Below, piece after piece: positions 29,046 to 38,833 of a stretch of 64,000 bases of DNA. The notes beneath the pieces are model-generated. The model saw nothing but the letters and a program-made list of their open reading frames with translations. It made no database searches and had not been told where the DNA came from. The position numbers and the translations under genes were made by a program. The stretch covers positions 64,001 to 128,000 of IMG/VR virus record IMGVR_UViG_3300009031_000368; one strand, given 5' to 3'. Numbering within the stretch: the first letter of the stretch is position 1; each line of letters starts with the position of its first letter. The DNA is from a virus. Taxonomy: Duplodnaviria; Caudoviricetes.

Positions 29046-30014
29046 CTACACTGAGAAACAAATATCTTCCAACTGACATTCCTTAGCTCGTGGACATGAC
29101 CTGGTGCCACATATGCGTTTTGGCAGTGGACCACCATCCAATCCTTCACGCAGCGCAATGATGTTGGATCTGATTTCATCGAACTGTTGTTGGTCTCTAT
29201 TTACGAATACTTCCAGCCAACTATCCTTAATGCTGTTGGTGCTCTTGTCCAGGAATACGAATCTCATCCTACGCCGGTTAGCGGTAGCTAGATAGAATTG
29301 CGCCTGAACCTTATACTTGTCATAAATGTCACCATTCCTGAATCCCTTCATGCTCCATCCGTTGGCTGTTTTGAATTCCCACATATCGGTAGGAATTGGA
29401 TGGAAGCCATCGGTGTGTCCATGAATCCCTAACTCATGGTCTACAAGATAAAGCTCCACATACTCGAACATAACCGGCACAACTTCCCATGCCTCGCCGC
29501 ATTGCTCGCACACTTTATTGGTATACGATTTATCGATTTCCGGATCCCGGTTACGCTTACACTCATTGTGACATTTTACACAAATCAACGTCCCTGACTT
29601 AAATCCACAACCATCGCATCCATCCGGCATAACGGTCGGCTCACTGAATGAACCATGAATCCTGTTACAATTGCTGCACTTCCATTGACCTGTCAACAGC
29701 TTTCGTGGGCCAAGGATTTCGTTCTGAAACACGTAATGCAATCCGGTTCCAATTGCCATCGCCCACTTAATGTCAGAACTCCATGGCTTGGTTCTGATGA
29801 TATCATGACGCGCGGCAAGAACTTCCTCCCTGGCACAGACACCACCTAATCCGCTCGCCCTGATATACGTACCTGATTTCATCGGCCGGATGGTGTCTTC
29901 ACTCTTTAGATTCTCAATACCCCAATCAACAAGCCTTACGTCTCGGATCGGGATGGTTGATTCTTCAACGGTTGAAGTATCCTTTTTTATCGACTTTATA
30001 ATATTGCCTAACAT
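29046..30014 (-). CDS. Cas4/RecB-family PD-(D/E)XK exonuclease with Zn-ribbon insertions
   Basis: RASGLGGVC, GTGLH, GHTDG, WEFKT, QAQFY and a C-terminal CxxxxCxxxxxCxxxxxC cluster. Confidence 0.8.
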   Translation of the reverse strand: MLGNIIKSIKKDTSTVEESTIPIRDVRLVDWGIENLKSEDTIRPMKSGTYIRASGLGGVCAREEVLAARHDIIRTKPWSSDIKWAMAIGTGLHYVFQNEILGPRKLLTGQWKCSNCNRIHGSFSEPTVMPDGCDGCGFKSGTLICVKCHNECKRNRDPEIDKSYTNKVCEQCGEAWEVVPVMFEYVELYLVDHELGIHGHTDGFHPIPTDMWEFKTANGWSMKGFRNGDIYDKYKVQAQFYLATANRRRMRFVFLDKSTNSIKDSWLEVFVNRDQQQFDEIRSNIIALREGLDGGPLPKRICGTRSCPRAKECQLEDICFSV

Positions 30015-30021
30015 TTGTTTC

Positions 30022-30366
30022 CTAATCTGGCTTTACGATTACTTCAAATTCTACAAACCACACCAACCGACCTGTTCCGAATGCCGCTCCAGTTTTACGC
30101 TTTCCATCAAGGAAATCTTTAATGGCTTCATCACGCGACCTGTTGCCAAGCTGACGCGCCATAGTTTCAGTCAAATCCGTCAACTTAAGACGTCGTGTGG
30201 TTCTGATTCTTACAACGGCAAACGGACCATTCTTTTCAGAGACATGAAGCGTTTGAACACTTCCTTCCGGTAATTCTGGAACATCTGTCGGCCAAGATCT
30301 AAGAAAGGCATTAATTTTACCGGTCAATATCTGTTCTCGTTCTGTTTCATTATATACAATCGCCAT
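30022..30366 (-). CDS. ASCH/PUA-like domain protein
   Basis: EREQILTGKINAFLR...EGS...AVVRI...LTDLTETMARQLG...VWFVEFEV. Confidence 0.6.
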   Translation of the reverse strand: MAIVYNETEREQILTGKINAFLRSWPTDVPELPEGSVQTLHVSEKNGPFAVVRIRTTRRLKLTDLTETMARQLGNRSRDEAIKDFLDGKRKTGAAFGTGRLVWFVEFEVIVKPD

Positions 30367-30382
30367 ACCTTATCCATTCTGT

Positions 30383-30640
30383 TTAATTCATACATTCTTT
30401 AGCTGTATGTATCATTTCTTCTAACAACTGGTCAACGGTGACATATGGAAGCATACCGTTTAACTGCTCTTCCGTCATTTCCGGACTATATAGCATCACA
30501 ATCTCTCGTGCCAACATCCTTCCGGTATTCACACCAAGCGCATAACTTTCATGCTCTAAGCTGAACGGCTCTTTTATCCTGCTCACCGTTAATAGAAACC
30601 TGAATTTTGTGTATTCATCGTTATCCATCATCTCCACCAA
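30383..30640 (-). CDS. Hypothetical protein
   Basis: 85-aa ORF in the operon. Confidence 0.5.
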   Translation of the reverse strand: MVEMMDNDEYTKFRFLLTVSRIKEPFSLEHESYALGVNTGRMLAREIVMLYSPEMTEEQLNGMLPYVTVDQLLEEMIHTAKECMN

Positions 30641-31013
30641 ACTTACTATAAAACAAACTCGCCGGGATCAGGAACCAATCCTTTTCAACGAGTCGATTGT
30701 CAAACGTTAATTGAATTGAAAGTGCCGGCTGTCTTCCGGCCTGTAATGCTTCCATGGTAATCTTTTCCAGCCAATCGGCTCTAACGGATAATGATGCTTT
30801 ATCGGTGCGCTTTGCTTCAATCAAAAACTGTTCACTCTTAACATCACCCTTAGCTCTGAAGTCTGCCCCGCTTAACGGTTGTCGTTTTGCTGAGTTTAGA
30901 TTGCGTGCAATCGATTGCTCTTGCCGCTTTGAATCGTCCTTGATTTTCTTGCGATCCACGCCACCTTCAAAACAGGTATTCTTTAGGCTTTTAGGGTTTT
31001 GAGGAAGTGCCAC
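30621..31013 (-). CDS. Hjc-like PD-(D/E)XK Holliday junction resolvase
   Basis: RQEQSIA...PLSGA...KGDV...FLIEAKRT. Confidence 0.8.
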   Translation of the reverse strand: MALPQNPKSLKNTCFEGGVDRKKIKDDSKRQEQSIARNLNSAKRQPLSGADFRAKGDVKSEQFLIEAKRTDKASLSVRADWLEKITMEALQAGRQPALSIQLTFDNRLVEKDWFLIPASLFYSKFGGDDG

Positions 31014-32255
31014 TTAACGCATCCTTTCGATCTTTAAACCACCATCAGTTTCGATAGACTGTAGAAACATTTTAGCATGACGGATGGCGTTTGTAACGAA
31101 TGGTGATACATTGTTGTAATCATTTGTATCGACAATCACCACATCATATTGATGTGGTGGATCAAATCCTTCATGACTATCTTTCGTCGCTTTGATGCAA
31201 TCAATCTGTAACAGCCTATCCATCACCTGACTATTATCAAATCGAAGGAACGGTCTCGGATATAGCGGCTTAGCGAAATCAAGTAATGTCGATGCCCGCT
31301 GATTGCCAATATACAAAATTCTCATGTCTGAATTACTTTGTGTTGATCGGAAGTAACAATACCACAACCCGGCCAACATCATCGCGGTTGATTTTCCAGT
31401 CGCCCTGCTACCAGTTACCAGATATTTTCCATCCGTGGCAGTTCCGGTACGACATGCAAACATACCATCCAAAACCTGGTAAGTATTGTAACGTTCGTTT
31501 CTTCGGTCCATTCCCCATATTGAACCAAGATATTCGACCAGAGTCTTTGGCTTTTTATTATCAACCGCTGGCCCATGCACACCATAGACGGCCAATTGCT
31601 GCTGTGACAGATTATCAAAATTCCTGGATATCGACAAATCGCCATCGGTTGAATTATAAACGATAACGCTACACCAGTTATTTCCAATCCTTGATTGCAT
31701 TCTGGAACGCATGTCATTATATGACAATGCATCTTGTAAGGAACCTCTGACATCAAAAGTTAATGCATCCCAACAAGTCATCACGACATTACGTCCTAGT
31801 GTCATACATTGAAATGTAGAACTACCAACTGGACGGACTGAGATAGCCACGCCAATTGTATTAAACACAATATCACTATTTAATCTAATATTTCCATTCA
31901 ATCCAGCTGAGTCAAGTACATGACATAATGCTTTTGCCAGAGATCGCCCTTCGTTAGTGTAATAAAGGATCGTAATCGGCGCATTAGGTGCCAGTCCAAT
32001 CATCTGTCGATACCGTTCACCACCAATCTCCTGTATTTGTTTAATATATCCCGCAATCAATTGCATTGTGGCAGTCGTCTTACCGGAACCTGGACGGCCT
32101 GAAATTCTAATGGTGCCTGTTGGAAATACATCGGGCAGCTTGCCTAATGGAATGGACTTTCCTGTTTCCTCTTCCATTACAAACTGTTTGAGAACCTCAA
32201 TCGCATCTGTTACTTCTTTTCGGTTACCGGTATCTACCTCAATTGACAGTTTCAT
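31014..32255 (-). CDS. Tandem degenerate P-loop protein paralogous to the TerL ATPase domain
   Basis: ISGRPGSGKTT, RQMIGLAPN, LGRNVVMTCWDALTF and MRSRMQSRIG versus TerL ISGGVGTGKST, RQLGLMDG, LGRNVYGGALDEANF and LLSRIRSRFTG; second P-loop VTGSRATGKST. Confidence 0.7.
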   Translation of the reverse strand: MKLSIEVDTGNRKEVTDAIEVLKQFVMEEETGKSIPLGKLPDVFPTGTIRISGRPGSGKTTATMQLIAGYIKQIQEIGGERYRQMIGLAPNAPITILYYTNEGRSLAKALCHVLDSAGLNGNIRLNSDIVFNTIGVAISVRPVGSSTFQCMTLGRNVVMTCWDALTFDVRGSLQDALSYNDMRSRMQSRIGNNWCSVIVYNSTDGDLSISRNFDNLSQQQLAVYGVHGPAVDNKKPKTLVEYLGSIWGMDRRNERYNTYQVLDGMFACRTGTATDGKYLVTGSRATGKSTAMMLAGLWYCYFRSTQSNSDMRILYIGNQRASTLLDFAKPLYPRPFLRFDNSQVMDRLLQIDCIKATKDSHEGFDPPHQYDVVIVDTNDYNNVSPFVTNAIRHAKMFLQSIETDGGLKIERMR

Positions 32256-32271
32256 ACATTTACCTTTCTAT

Positions 32272-33129
32272 TTACTTTAATGGTCCAACCGACACGATCA
32301 TCTCTTCAACAAATTGCCGGTTTGCTTTACATGACACCATTCTGGCTACTGGATGTGTCGATACATGGACGAACGGCGGTGACGGGTAAATCTTTGTAAC
32401 CGTATCCTCCGTCTTATGATTCGTAATAACCACCTTCGCACCAACGTTTGCCGCGTCAACCGCTAACGCTGATAGTCGGTAATGGTCGGCGTCACCAAGC
32501 CATAATGGCCCATACTCTTTAAAATTAGCCGTGGCGGAAAGTGGCACATATGGTGGATCGCAATAGATGTGGTCACCGGATTGAGCCTGCTTTAGGATTT
32601 TACCAAAGTCGCCCCATAGGAATTCAGTATTCTGAACGCAATAAGAAATCATCCTAAGATCGGATTCATGCGGCAATGCAACGTATTGATACTTACCTAC
32701 CGGGCTGTTGAAGACTCCAGACTTATTCTCTCGATACAATCCATTATAGCATGCATGATTGAGCCAAATCATCAGCGCGGCCTGTCGGACGTTAAACTGC
32801 TCAGCTGTTACCATATCATTGAATTCCTTCTTCAAGGAATCATAATGGGCTTCAAATCCGACAATCGGTAGTGACTTCAACTCCTGCATCAAGGCATCGA
32901 TATTATCTCTAACCTGTGTCCATGCATTAATCAACTTCCGGTTGCCGTCTGAAAGCTGCGCCGTTTGTGCCATTCCGGATGAAAGGACATAAAGCTCTAA
33001 CGCGCCACCACCCAGGAATGGAGACCGAAACGTTCCTTCGCACTTCTTTCCAAATGCCGCCGCAATATATTGTGCCAGGCGCGACTTGCCGCCTGCCCAC
33101 TTCCAGGGAGACTTAACTGTTGCTGCCAT
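32272..33129 (-). CDS. dam: Dam-family DNA adenine methyltransferase
   Basis: SPWKWAGGKS, PFLGGG, NHACYNGLYRENKSGVFNSPVG, IYCDPPY. Confidence 0.9.
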   Translation of the reverse strand: MAATVKSPWKWAGGKSRLAQYIAAAFGKKCEGTFRSPFLGGGALELYVLSSGMAQTAQLSDGNRKLINAWTQVRDNIDALMQELKSLPIVGFEAHYDSLKKEFNDMVTAEQFNVRQAALMIWLNHACYNGLYRENKSGVFNSPVGKYQYVALPHESDLRMISYCVQNTEFLWGDFGKILKQAQSGDHIYCDPPYVPLSATANFKEYGPLWLGDADHYRLSALAVDAANVGAKVVITNHKTEDTVTKIYPSPPFVHVSTHPVARMVSCKANRQFVEEMIVSVGPLK

Positions 33130-33149
33130 TTTCTACCTTCTCTTCAACT

Positions 33150-33995
33150 TTAATTAGCCCATGATAAATCTAACCATCGCAGTATGTTACAAACTTGACC
33201 AGTATCGCAATTTACTACACTATATCCAATTGATTTCTTTCCACACCATGGTTTCCATCTTTCGACCGGCCCACGATTGCCTGACACATAACAAACGGCA
33301 TCAAATATTCCAATCTTTTCCGCTGCTATACGATCAGTTAGTTCATACAGTCGTTCGTAAAACATACGTTCTGCTTCATCGGGCGACACTGGAATAATTG
33401 TTTCCTTCAACGGCTCCACGTTGATGTTCCATTTCAATCCGCCATCCTTCATGAGATCGCGCTTTTCGGTCACCAATAACACATTGTCGGCATACTTGAG
33501 ATACCATGGTTCAACGTCGGGCAATCCGAGCCATCTCCAAGCTGTTGACATCCCGCGCTTTTCCACATCCCGGTATGGTTTCATTTCCGGCATATATTTC
33601 AATGGCCGGACGATATCGGACAGATATGCTTCCATGGTCTCATGAAACAATCCATACATGCCGCCGATTCGACATTCCAATTCACTGCAACAGTGACTTC
33701 TCAATATCGATTCGATCAATCGTGAAACTCTAACCGAGTGTTCGGCAACCGAGTAGAATTTGAGACAATGACCGCAAAACCGGCAAAGCTTACTCAGTGA
33801 TGCCGCAATATCTTGTACGCTGAAATCCTCAACCCGCACATCTAGTGGATAAAACTTTCGCGCCGAATATGTTTGCGACCAGTCACCATGACGTGGTTCA
33901 CTGTTGGCTTGAAGTCCATTTATGTCAGCAATGGTCTGCCTATCTATTTCAGACATCATGTTCCATAATGATTCATTGTAACCGTCATGTATCAT
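33150..33995 (-). CDS. HD-superfamily phosphohydrolase (YfbR-like; HD appears as HE)
   Basis: SKLCRFCGH, YSVAEHSV, LFHETMEAYLSDI, KYADNVLLVTE. Confidence 0.75.
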   Translation of the reverse strand: MIHDGYNESLWNMMSEIDRQTIADINGLQANSEPRHGDWSQTYSARKFYPLDVRVEDFSVQDIAASLSKLCRFCGHCLKFYSVAEHSVRVSRLIESILRSHCCSELECRIGGMYGLFHETMEAYLSDIVRPLKYMPEMKPYRDVEKRGMSTAWRWLGLPDVEPWYLKYADNVLLVTEKRDLMKDGGLKWNINVEPLKETIIPVSPDEAERMFYERLYELTDRIAAEKIGIFDAVCYVSGNRGPVERWKPWCGKKSIGYSVVNCDTGQVCNILRWLDLSWAN

Positions 33996-34255
33996 ATGAA
34001 CCGCCTTACCGGCACAAGCATTTCGTCATCACGCAAACGGTATAACCAGCCAGCTATACTGAATCGACGTTCACATTTAACCATTTTGAGCTTGATGTCA
34101 ACTGCACCATTGTTCCCGTTTATATCATCAAAAACCGTCGCAATCTGCCATCCAATAATGCGGATTAGTGGATTGATGACTACATTTAACAAACTTCTAT
34201 GGCTAACGATGTTACCAGCAGCATCTACAACGATACCTAGATTTAAACAAATCAT
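33992..34255 (-). CDS. Hypothetical protein
   Basis: 87 aa; 4-bp overlaps on both sides. Confidence 0.55.
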   Translation of the reverse strand: MICLNLGIVVDAAGNIVSHRSLLNVVINPLIRIIGWQIATVFDDINGNNGAVDIKLKMVKCERRFSIAGWLYRLRDDEMLVPVRRFI

Positions 34256-34572
34256 GATGGGCTCTTTTCGGTTGCCTGATTGAATGTAAGCGTTATGCCT
34301 CTCTGATAGAAAGAAAGCCTAACATCATTGTCCAAATGATAACCGTTTAGCATCGATACGAATTCAGCACAGCTATCTGTTGTCTCGAACTGAAACAAAT
34401 AATAGGAGTGTCGTATCGTCTCTGGTTTTATTATACATAGTGTAGCAAGCTCTTCAGAAACCGCATAGCTCTCTGTTTCCAGCACGCAAAACACGCCTGT
34501 AGTTGCTGCCGACAATCGTTCCATATATGGTTTTACAAAAGATTCTGCGTCCAGATGAGTTTCAACAATCAT
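34252..34572 (-). CDS. Hypothetical protein
   Basis: 106 aa, in the operon. Confidence 0.55.
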   Translation of the reverse strand: MIVETHLDAESFVKPYMERLSAATTGVFCVLETESYAVSEELATLCIIKPETIRHSYYLFQFETTDSCAEFVSMLNGYHLDNDVRLSFYQRGITLTFNQATEKSPS

Positions 34573-34591
34573 TGCTTTATTTCCTTTATCA

Positions 34592-35839
34592 TTAAGCCGT
34601 TAATTCGGCCAATCTATTTTCTACCATTTGCCTAACTAGGTCATATTCAAACCGGTGCGTCCGCCACCATTCACGGATCGCCTTCTGCGACGAAAATTCC
34701 TCACCGGCCAGATAATACTTATTGCCTTCCTGTTGAATCAGTTCCAGCTTCATACAGATTGAAAAGATGTAATCCGATTCAAGAATCTGTCCAAGCCGTA
34801 CTCCGCGCTCCGGATTATTGGTGAGCGACATACGGAAGGATCCATCGCGCAACGGCGCACCAGTTTTATTCTTTGTAACCTTGAAATTCACAGTAATTTC
34901 CAGCGGAACCTTAACTTTATCATCCTTGGCGGTTCCGATTTGAACTTCCTCAACAACTTTGTCGGATGTCCAAAACCTCACATCCAGCGAATCGGCAAAT
35001 TCTTGTCCCTTCCCACCAGGTCTGGTCGTTGGATCACCATATGACATTCCTATTTTTTGTCTGATCTGTTGGAGACAAAGAATCGTTGGCGCCGTATGAA
35101 AGTTGTTATACGCTTCATTCGTACCGGCAACCCACTTCCTAAACGCCTTATTTAGCAACCTGGCTTGAAGACCCTGCTGCCAGTCCTCCGAAGAAGATTC
35201 TATTTCCTTGGATGGTGTCAGTGCGGCAATGGAATCAATGATGACCAAATCTATTGAGCCACTCTGGATAGCTGAACTGACAAGATCAATGGTTCGCTCT
35301 GCCGTTTCTGGCTGACTAAGAAGAAGCCGGTCTAGGTCAACGCCATGAAGTTCTGCCCAACCTGGATCGAAAGTGCCTTCTTGATCAAAGAACCAACAAA
35401 TGAATTCTGAGAATGAATTCTGCTGGAGTCCGGCCAGTCGCTCCTTGTATTCCTTATCCTTTTCATTCGGCCACTGAACCGGAATCCATAATCCAGCCTT
35501 TACGCAATCACATGTCGCTATTGCACGCTTGTTGGTGCCTGTTTCATCAGTTACATCTTCAACATGGAGATCGCGCGGTTCACGCCAACAATGCCTGCAA
35601 AGCCTTTGCGCGGCTGCAATCACCATACATGCTGCCGTTGTTTTTCCTGAACTACATTCACCAAAAAATTGTGTAATGCGGCCTCGCGGGACACCACCAC
35701 CGGTTGCATGATTGAAGCTAACTGAACCAATCTTAATTCTATCAAGCTTCGGGATAGACCTTGCAGAACGTACCACGTCATAGCTGTATGTTTTATCCGC
35801 CGCTTTCACTATCTGATTAATTACATCGAATCTATTCAT
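34592..35839 (-). CDS. recA: RecA/UvsX recombinase with a Cys-rich insertion
   Basis: GGGVPRGRITQFFGECSSGKTT, FFDQEG, LLSQPETAE, VIIDSIAAL, QARLLNKAFRK, PGGKGQEFADS, KVTKNK. Confidence 0.93.
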   Translation of the reverse strand: MNRFDVINQIVKAADKTYSYDVVRSARSIPKLDRIKIGSVSFNHATGGGVPRGRITQFFGECSSGKTTAACMVIAAAQRLCRHCWREPRDLHVEDVTDETGTNKRAIATCDCVKAGLWIPVQWPNEKDKEYKERLAGLQQNSFSEFICWFFDQEGTFDPGWAELHGVDLDRLLLSQPETAERTIDLVSSAIQSGSIDLVIIDSIAALTPSKEIESSSEDWQQGLQARLLNKAFRKWVAGTNEAYNNFHTAPTILCLQQIRQKIGMSYGDPTTRPGGKGQEFADSLDVRFWTSDKVVEEVQIGTAKDDKVKVPLEITVNFKVTKNKTGAPLRDGSFRMSLTNNPERGVRLGQILESDYIFSICMKLELIQQEGNKYYLAGEEFSSQKAIREWWRTHRFEYDLVRQMVENRLAELTA

Positions 35840-35842
35840 CTA

Positions 35843-36373
35843 TCACCTTCTGTATGCTGCATGAATGGCATCTACCCGCTCGCCAATCTTCGCTTCCATC
35901 CAAGCATCTAATTCTGCAATTGATTGCGCGAGGTTGGTACTACTACATGGAATGGTTCGCCCAACATCGGCCTTTGCGAACCTGTAGTCGCCGACATTAA
36001 TCGTTATACCATAATCCAACCATATTAGCAACAATGGTGTATTGAACGACATATTAAAATCCGGCCTTACCGCGTCGCCTTTAAAGGCAGCCGATTCATA
36101 ATTGAGCCAAGCTCTCACTTGGTCCAATATTGCCTGATAACATTCATCATGTCTGTTTGGTTCAACATAAGCCGTGATCCCGACATTAATGCGCGCCGAT
36201 TCATTCTTTGGCAATGTAACCGTTTTACCAAGTTTAACTGAAACAGGTAGCATCATTTGATCAGATGTTATATCGAATAGCTTTGGCTCAACGATATCGT
36301 TTTCAATGGATTCTTGTTCTGCGCCTTTAAATAAGGCTTGTGTAACATAAAAGTTACCATTAACTGAAATCAT
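35843..36373 (-). CDS. Hypothetical protein with an internally duplicated domain
   Basis: VKLGKTVTLPKNESARINVG versus LDYGITINVGDYRFAKADVG. Confidence 0.6.
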   Translation of the reverse strand: MISVNGNFYVTQALFKGAEQESIENDIVEPKLFDITSDQMMLPVSVKLGKTVTLPKNESARINVGITAYVEPNRHDECYQAILDQVRAWLNYESAAFKGDAVRPDFNMSFNTPLLLIWLDYGITINVGDYRFAKADVGRTIPCSSTNLAQSIAELDAWMEAKIGERVDAIHAAYRR

Positions 36374-36387
36374 AGTAAAAATATTCC

Positions 36388-37014
36388 TTATATCTGTGTT
36401 CTGTCATTCAAGGTAAAACGGTATTCAACATTGATCCGTGTAACAAATTGTGGAATTCCGATATGATTGGCCAAATTATGCTTTATGCATTCTGTCGCAT
36501 CAAGGTGCCAATCGGCATGGCCTTTTTCATGGATGATTTCCTTGAAATATGACGGCTTATGTCCACAATTCAATGCCATCCGTTCCATCAATACGTTGTT
36601 TAGATTATTGGCATGGTCGGCTGTTGCGTTAAATTCCGTAACCTTACTAAAATCTCCAGTTAACACCTCATGAATCATACAGTATCCGCTTGGTGCAATA
36701 TATCTAACTTGCCCGCAACTAAACAGTACCGCACCACACGACATCGCCTTTCCCGTTACAATGGTCGCGACTGGAATCTTTGAAGCCTTAACGATATCCA
36801 TCATGGCAAAAAGGCTATGGATGATTCCACCATAGCTATCTATCACGACTGGAATTACCGGTTGACCTGTTTGATGCGCGGTAGAAAAACTGGCTGCGAA
36901 TTCCTTGACCGATTTTTCATTGAAATCATTTACCCAAACCGTAACCGGCAGACTCAAGATATCGGCCGGTTGCTTAATGTTGAGCCTTGGATCTATATCG
37001 AAGTAATTCAGCAT
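36388..37014 (-). CDS. clpP: ClpP-like protease
   Basis: VIDSYGG, GKAMSCGAVLFSCG (Ser), CMIHEV (His), DWHLDATECIKHNLANHI. Confidence 0.85.
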   Translation of the reverse strand: MLNYFDIDPRLNIKQPADILSLPVTVWVNDFNEKSVKEFAASFSTAHQTGQPVIPVVIDSYGGIIHSLFAMMDIVKASKIPVATIVTGKAMSCGAVLFSCGQVRYIAPSGYCMIHEVLTGDFSKVTEFNATADHANNLNNVLMERMALNCGHKPSYFKEIIHEKGHADWHLDATECIKHNLANHIGIPQFVTRINVEYRFTLNDRTQI

Positions 37015-37016
37015 GG

Positions 37017-37208
37017 CTACACCACACCATACAACGATACACGGCTGACATGCTCCTGCTCATCAGCAGCTAGCCTGTCCCAAATAGCATCAAGTTGATT
37101 TCTCTGTTCAACCTCTTCCTCTGTTTCCTTGTCGTATACCGACATCAGCCGTCTAAGTTCTTTTTCGGCATCCAGGTATTCTTCGATAAGAATCTGATTC
37201 ATAATCAT
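37017..37208 (-). CDS. Small acidic hypothetical protein
   Basis: 63-aa helical ORF. Confidence 0.5.
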   Translation of the reverse strand: MIMNQILIEEYLDAEKELRRLMSVYDKETEEEVEQRNQLDAIWDRLAADEQEHVSRVSLYGVV

Positions 37209-37310
37209 TATCCCTTGATTTGTGGCACACCATAATGTGAAAGAAAGTTGACATATGGTCCGAACAAGTAAACGTTATATCCATCATCGTAACTTCGATA
37301 CAAGACATAG

Positions 37311-37841
37311 TCACTGCCTGGTGGAATCGTTTCCCATATCCCCATTTTGATCTGTCCCATAAACTGATTCATCCAATTGTCGTTTTAATTCCATCATTGC
37401 CGCGTTACTGCAACGTGCCGGATGTGGTGTTTTAATGATCTGATATACACCATTCAAACAATCTACACCATCGCCGGCAATCCTACCGAAACATATCACA
37501 ATATCTGGATTGTGTCGTTCAATCTGTTGTTTGATGTGATCAATATCTGCTTTATTGCAAGAGTTAGATGTAAAACCATGAATCGGACTCGCATCACAGA
37601 ATTGCATCATTGTCAGATGCTCGCCAACCGATGCAACAATCCTCTTACCTGTTTTACTCCTCAACAACAACCGCCTCATGAAGGCTTCATCGTCTCGAAA
37701 CCTATCTATGACTTCCTGCCTGGTACCCGGCTTAAACCACGGATTTTGCAACATGGCCAATATTTTCATAATTTCCTTGACAAAATATCGATGTGTGATA
37801 TGTTGTGCTACAAATAACGATATTTGGAGCATGGTATGCAT
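37311..37841 (-). CDS. Uracil-DNA-glycosylase-fold protein (likely start at MKILAMLQNP)
   Basis: ILAMLQNPW, NPDIVICFGRIA, TPHPA. Confidence 0.6.
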   Translation of the reverse strand: MHTMLQISLFVAQHITHRYFVKEIMKILAMLQNPWFKPGTRQEVIDRFRDDEAFMRRLLLRSKTGKRIVASVGEHLTMMQFCDASPIHGFTSNSCNKADIDHIKQQIERHNPDIVICFGRIAGDGVDCLNGVYQIIKTPHPARCSNAAMMELKRQLDESVYGTDQNGDMGNDSTRQ

Positions 37842-38345
37842 TATTCCCGATATGCTCAGCGCCCACGATTACTGGCCTTGACGGCTAAAGATATTGCCGA
37901 GATGCTTACAACCAAGTATCCTGGCCGTAAATATATTCTGTGTTACACGGGCTTGAGCGGTATCACGCTGTCTACCGCCATCGGTCTTCAGCTTTTTACC
38001 TGTCACGGCATTGAGCCGGGATACATTTACGTGCGCAAGAAAGGTGAGGATTGCCATGGGGATTCCGTAGAGCATGAAAATTGCTTAAATGTGCGATTAA
38101 GAACCAAAACAGACCTGTACGTTTTTGTCGATGATTTCATATCTGATGGCGATACGATGAATAGGCTACTCACAATATGTAAGGATAAAATAAATTCAAA
38201 ATGGTATACTCTAGATACTCTACCCCATACGGCACTATCACGACGGAATGCCGTCATAGTACTGGGTCGCACCAGTAGGACAGAACCGTTTAAATTCGGA
38301 AGATATCAGATACCGGTTATAGGTTTCAATAAAGATTTATACTAG
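37824..38345 (+). CDS. Type I phosphoribosyltransferase-like protein
   Basis: TGLSG, YVRK, PRPP loop FVDDFISDGDT; one of the few plus-strand genes. Confidence 0.8.
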   Translation: MEHGMHYSRYAQRPRLLALTAKDIAEMLTTKYPGRKYILCYTGLSGITLSTAIGLQLFTCHGIEPGYIYVRKKGEDCHGDSVEHENCLNVRLRTKTDLYVFVDDFISDGDTMNRLLTICKDKINSKWYTLDTLPHTALSRRNAVIVLGRTSRTEPFKFGRYQIPVIGFNKDLY

Positions 38346-38632
38346 ACATGCCAGTTTAAGCCTAGCTCGGACCATGTTTTAGGATAATCGGACTGTTCAT
38401 TGATCCATTCAGTAACATCTAGTGTTTCATTCCGCTTAAATGCCTGCAAACAGTTATATGTTTCATATGTTGATAGAAACTCCAATATGTCCGACATATC
38501 CCAACCGTCATACAGTTCGCCGTGAATATAAACGTAAAGATCTGGCTCACCATCATCTGTAAAGGTCTGTACTATTTCAAGGCTTAATATTTCTCCATCA
38601 CATTCAACAATACCGCCCAAGCGCCTATCCAA
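38342..38632 (-). CDS. Hypothetical protein
   Basis: 96 aa; AGGAG upstream of a TTG start. Confidence 0.5.
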   Translation of the reverse strand: MDRRLGGIVECDGEILSLEIVQTFTDDGEPDLYVYIHGELYDGWDMSDILEFLSTYETYNCLQAFKRNETLDVTEWINEQSDYPKTWSELGLNWHV

Positions 38633-38833
38633 TCAATACACTCCTTTCGCGCAATCAATTGCATGTCAATATGCTGACGATATTTTCTCCATAACTTCAT
38701 CAACATCTTGCCAGTATCGTTTATTACATTCTACTTGTTGCTCAAATTCAATCGGGCGATCATTCAACCACCTATGGAGACTGGTCAACATGATTGATGA
38801 CATGTCATCGGGATGCGTGATCTGATCTGTCGT

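Noticed and set aside
29046-30014. Cas4-like gene as evidence of a CRISPR system
   Set aside because: No repeat-spacer array or other cas genes seen; solo Cas4-like exonucleases are common in phage recombination modules.
33150-33995. HD protein as a DatZ-type enzyme indicating a Z-base or other modified genome
   Set aside because: No purZ or other base-modification pathway recognised in the window; YfbR-like HD proteins are common in phages.
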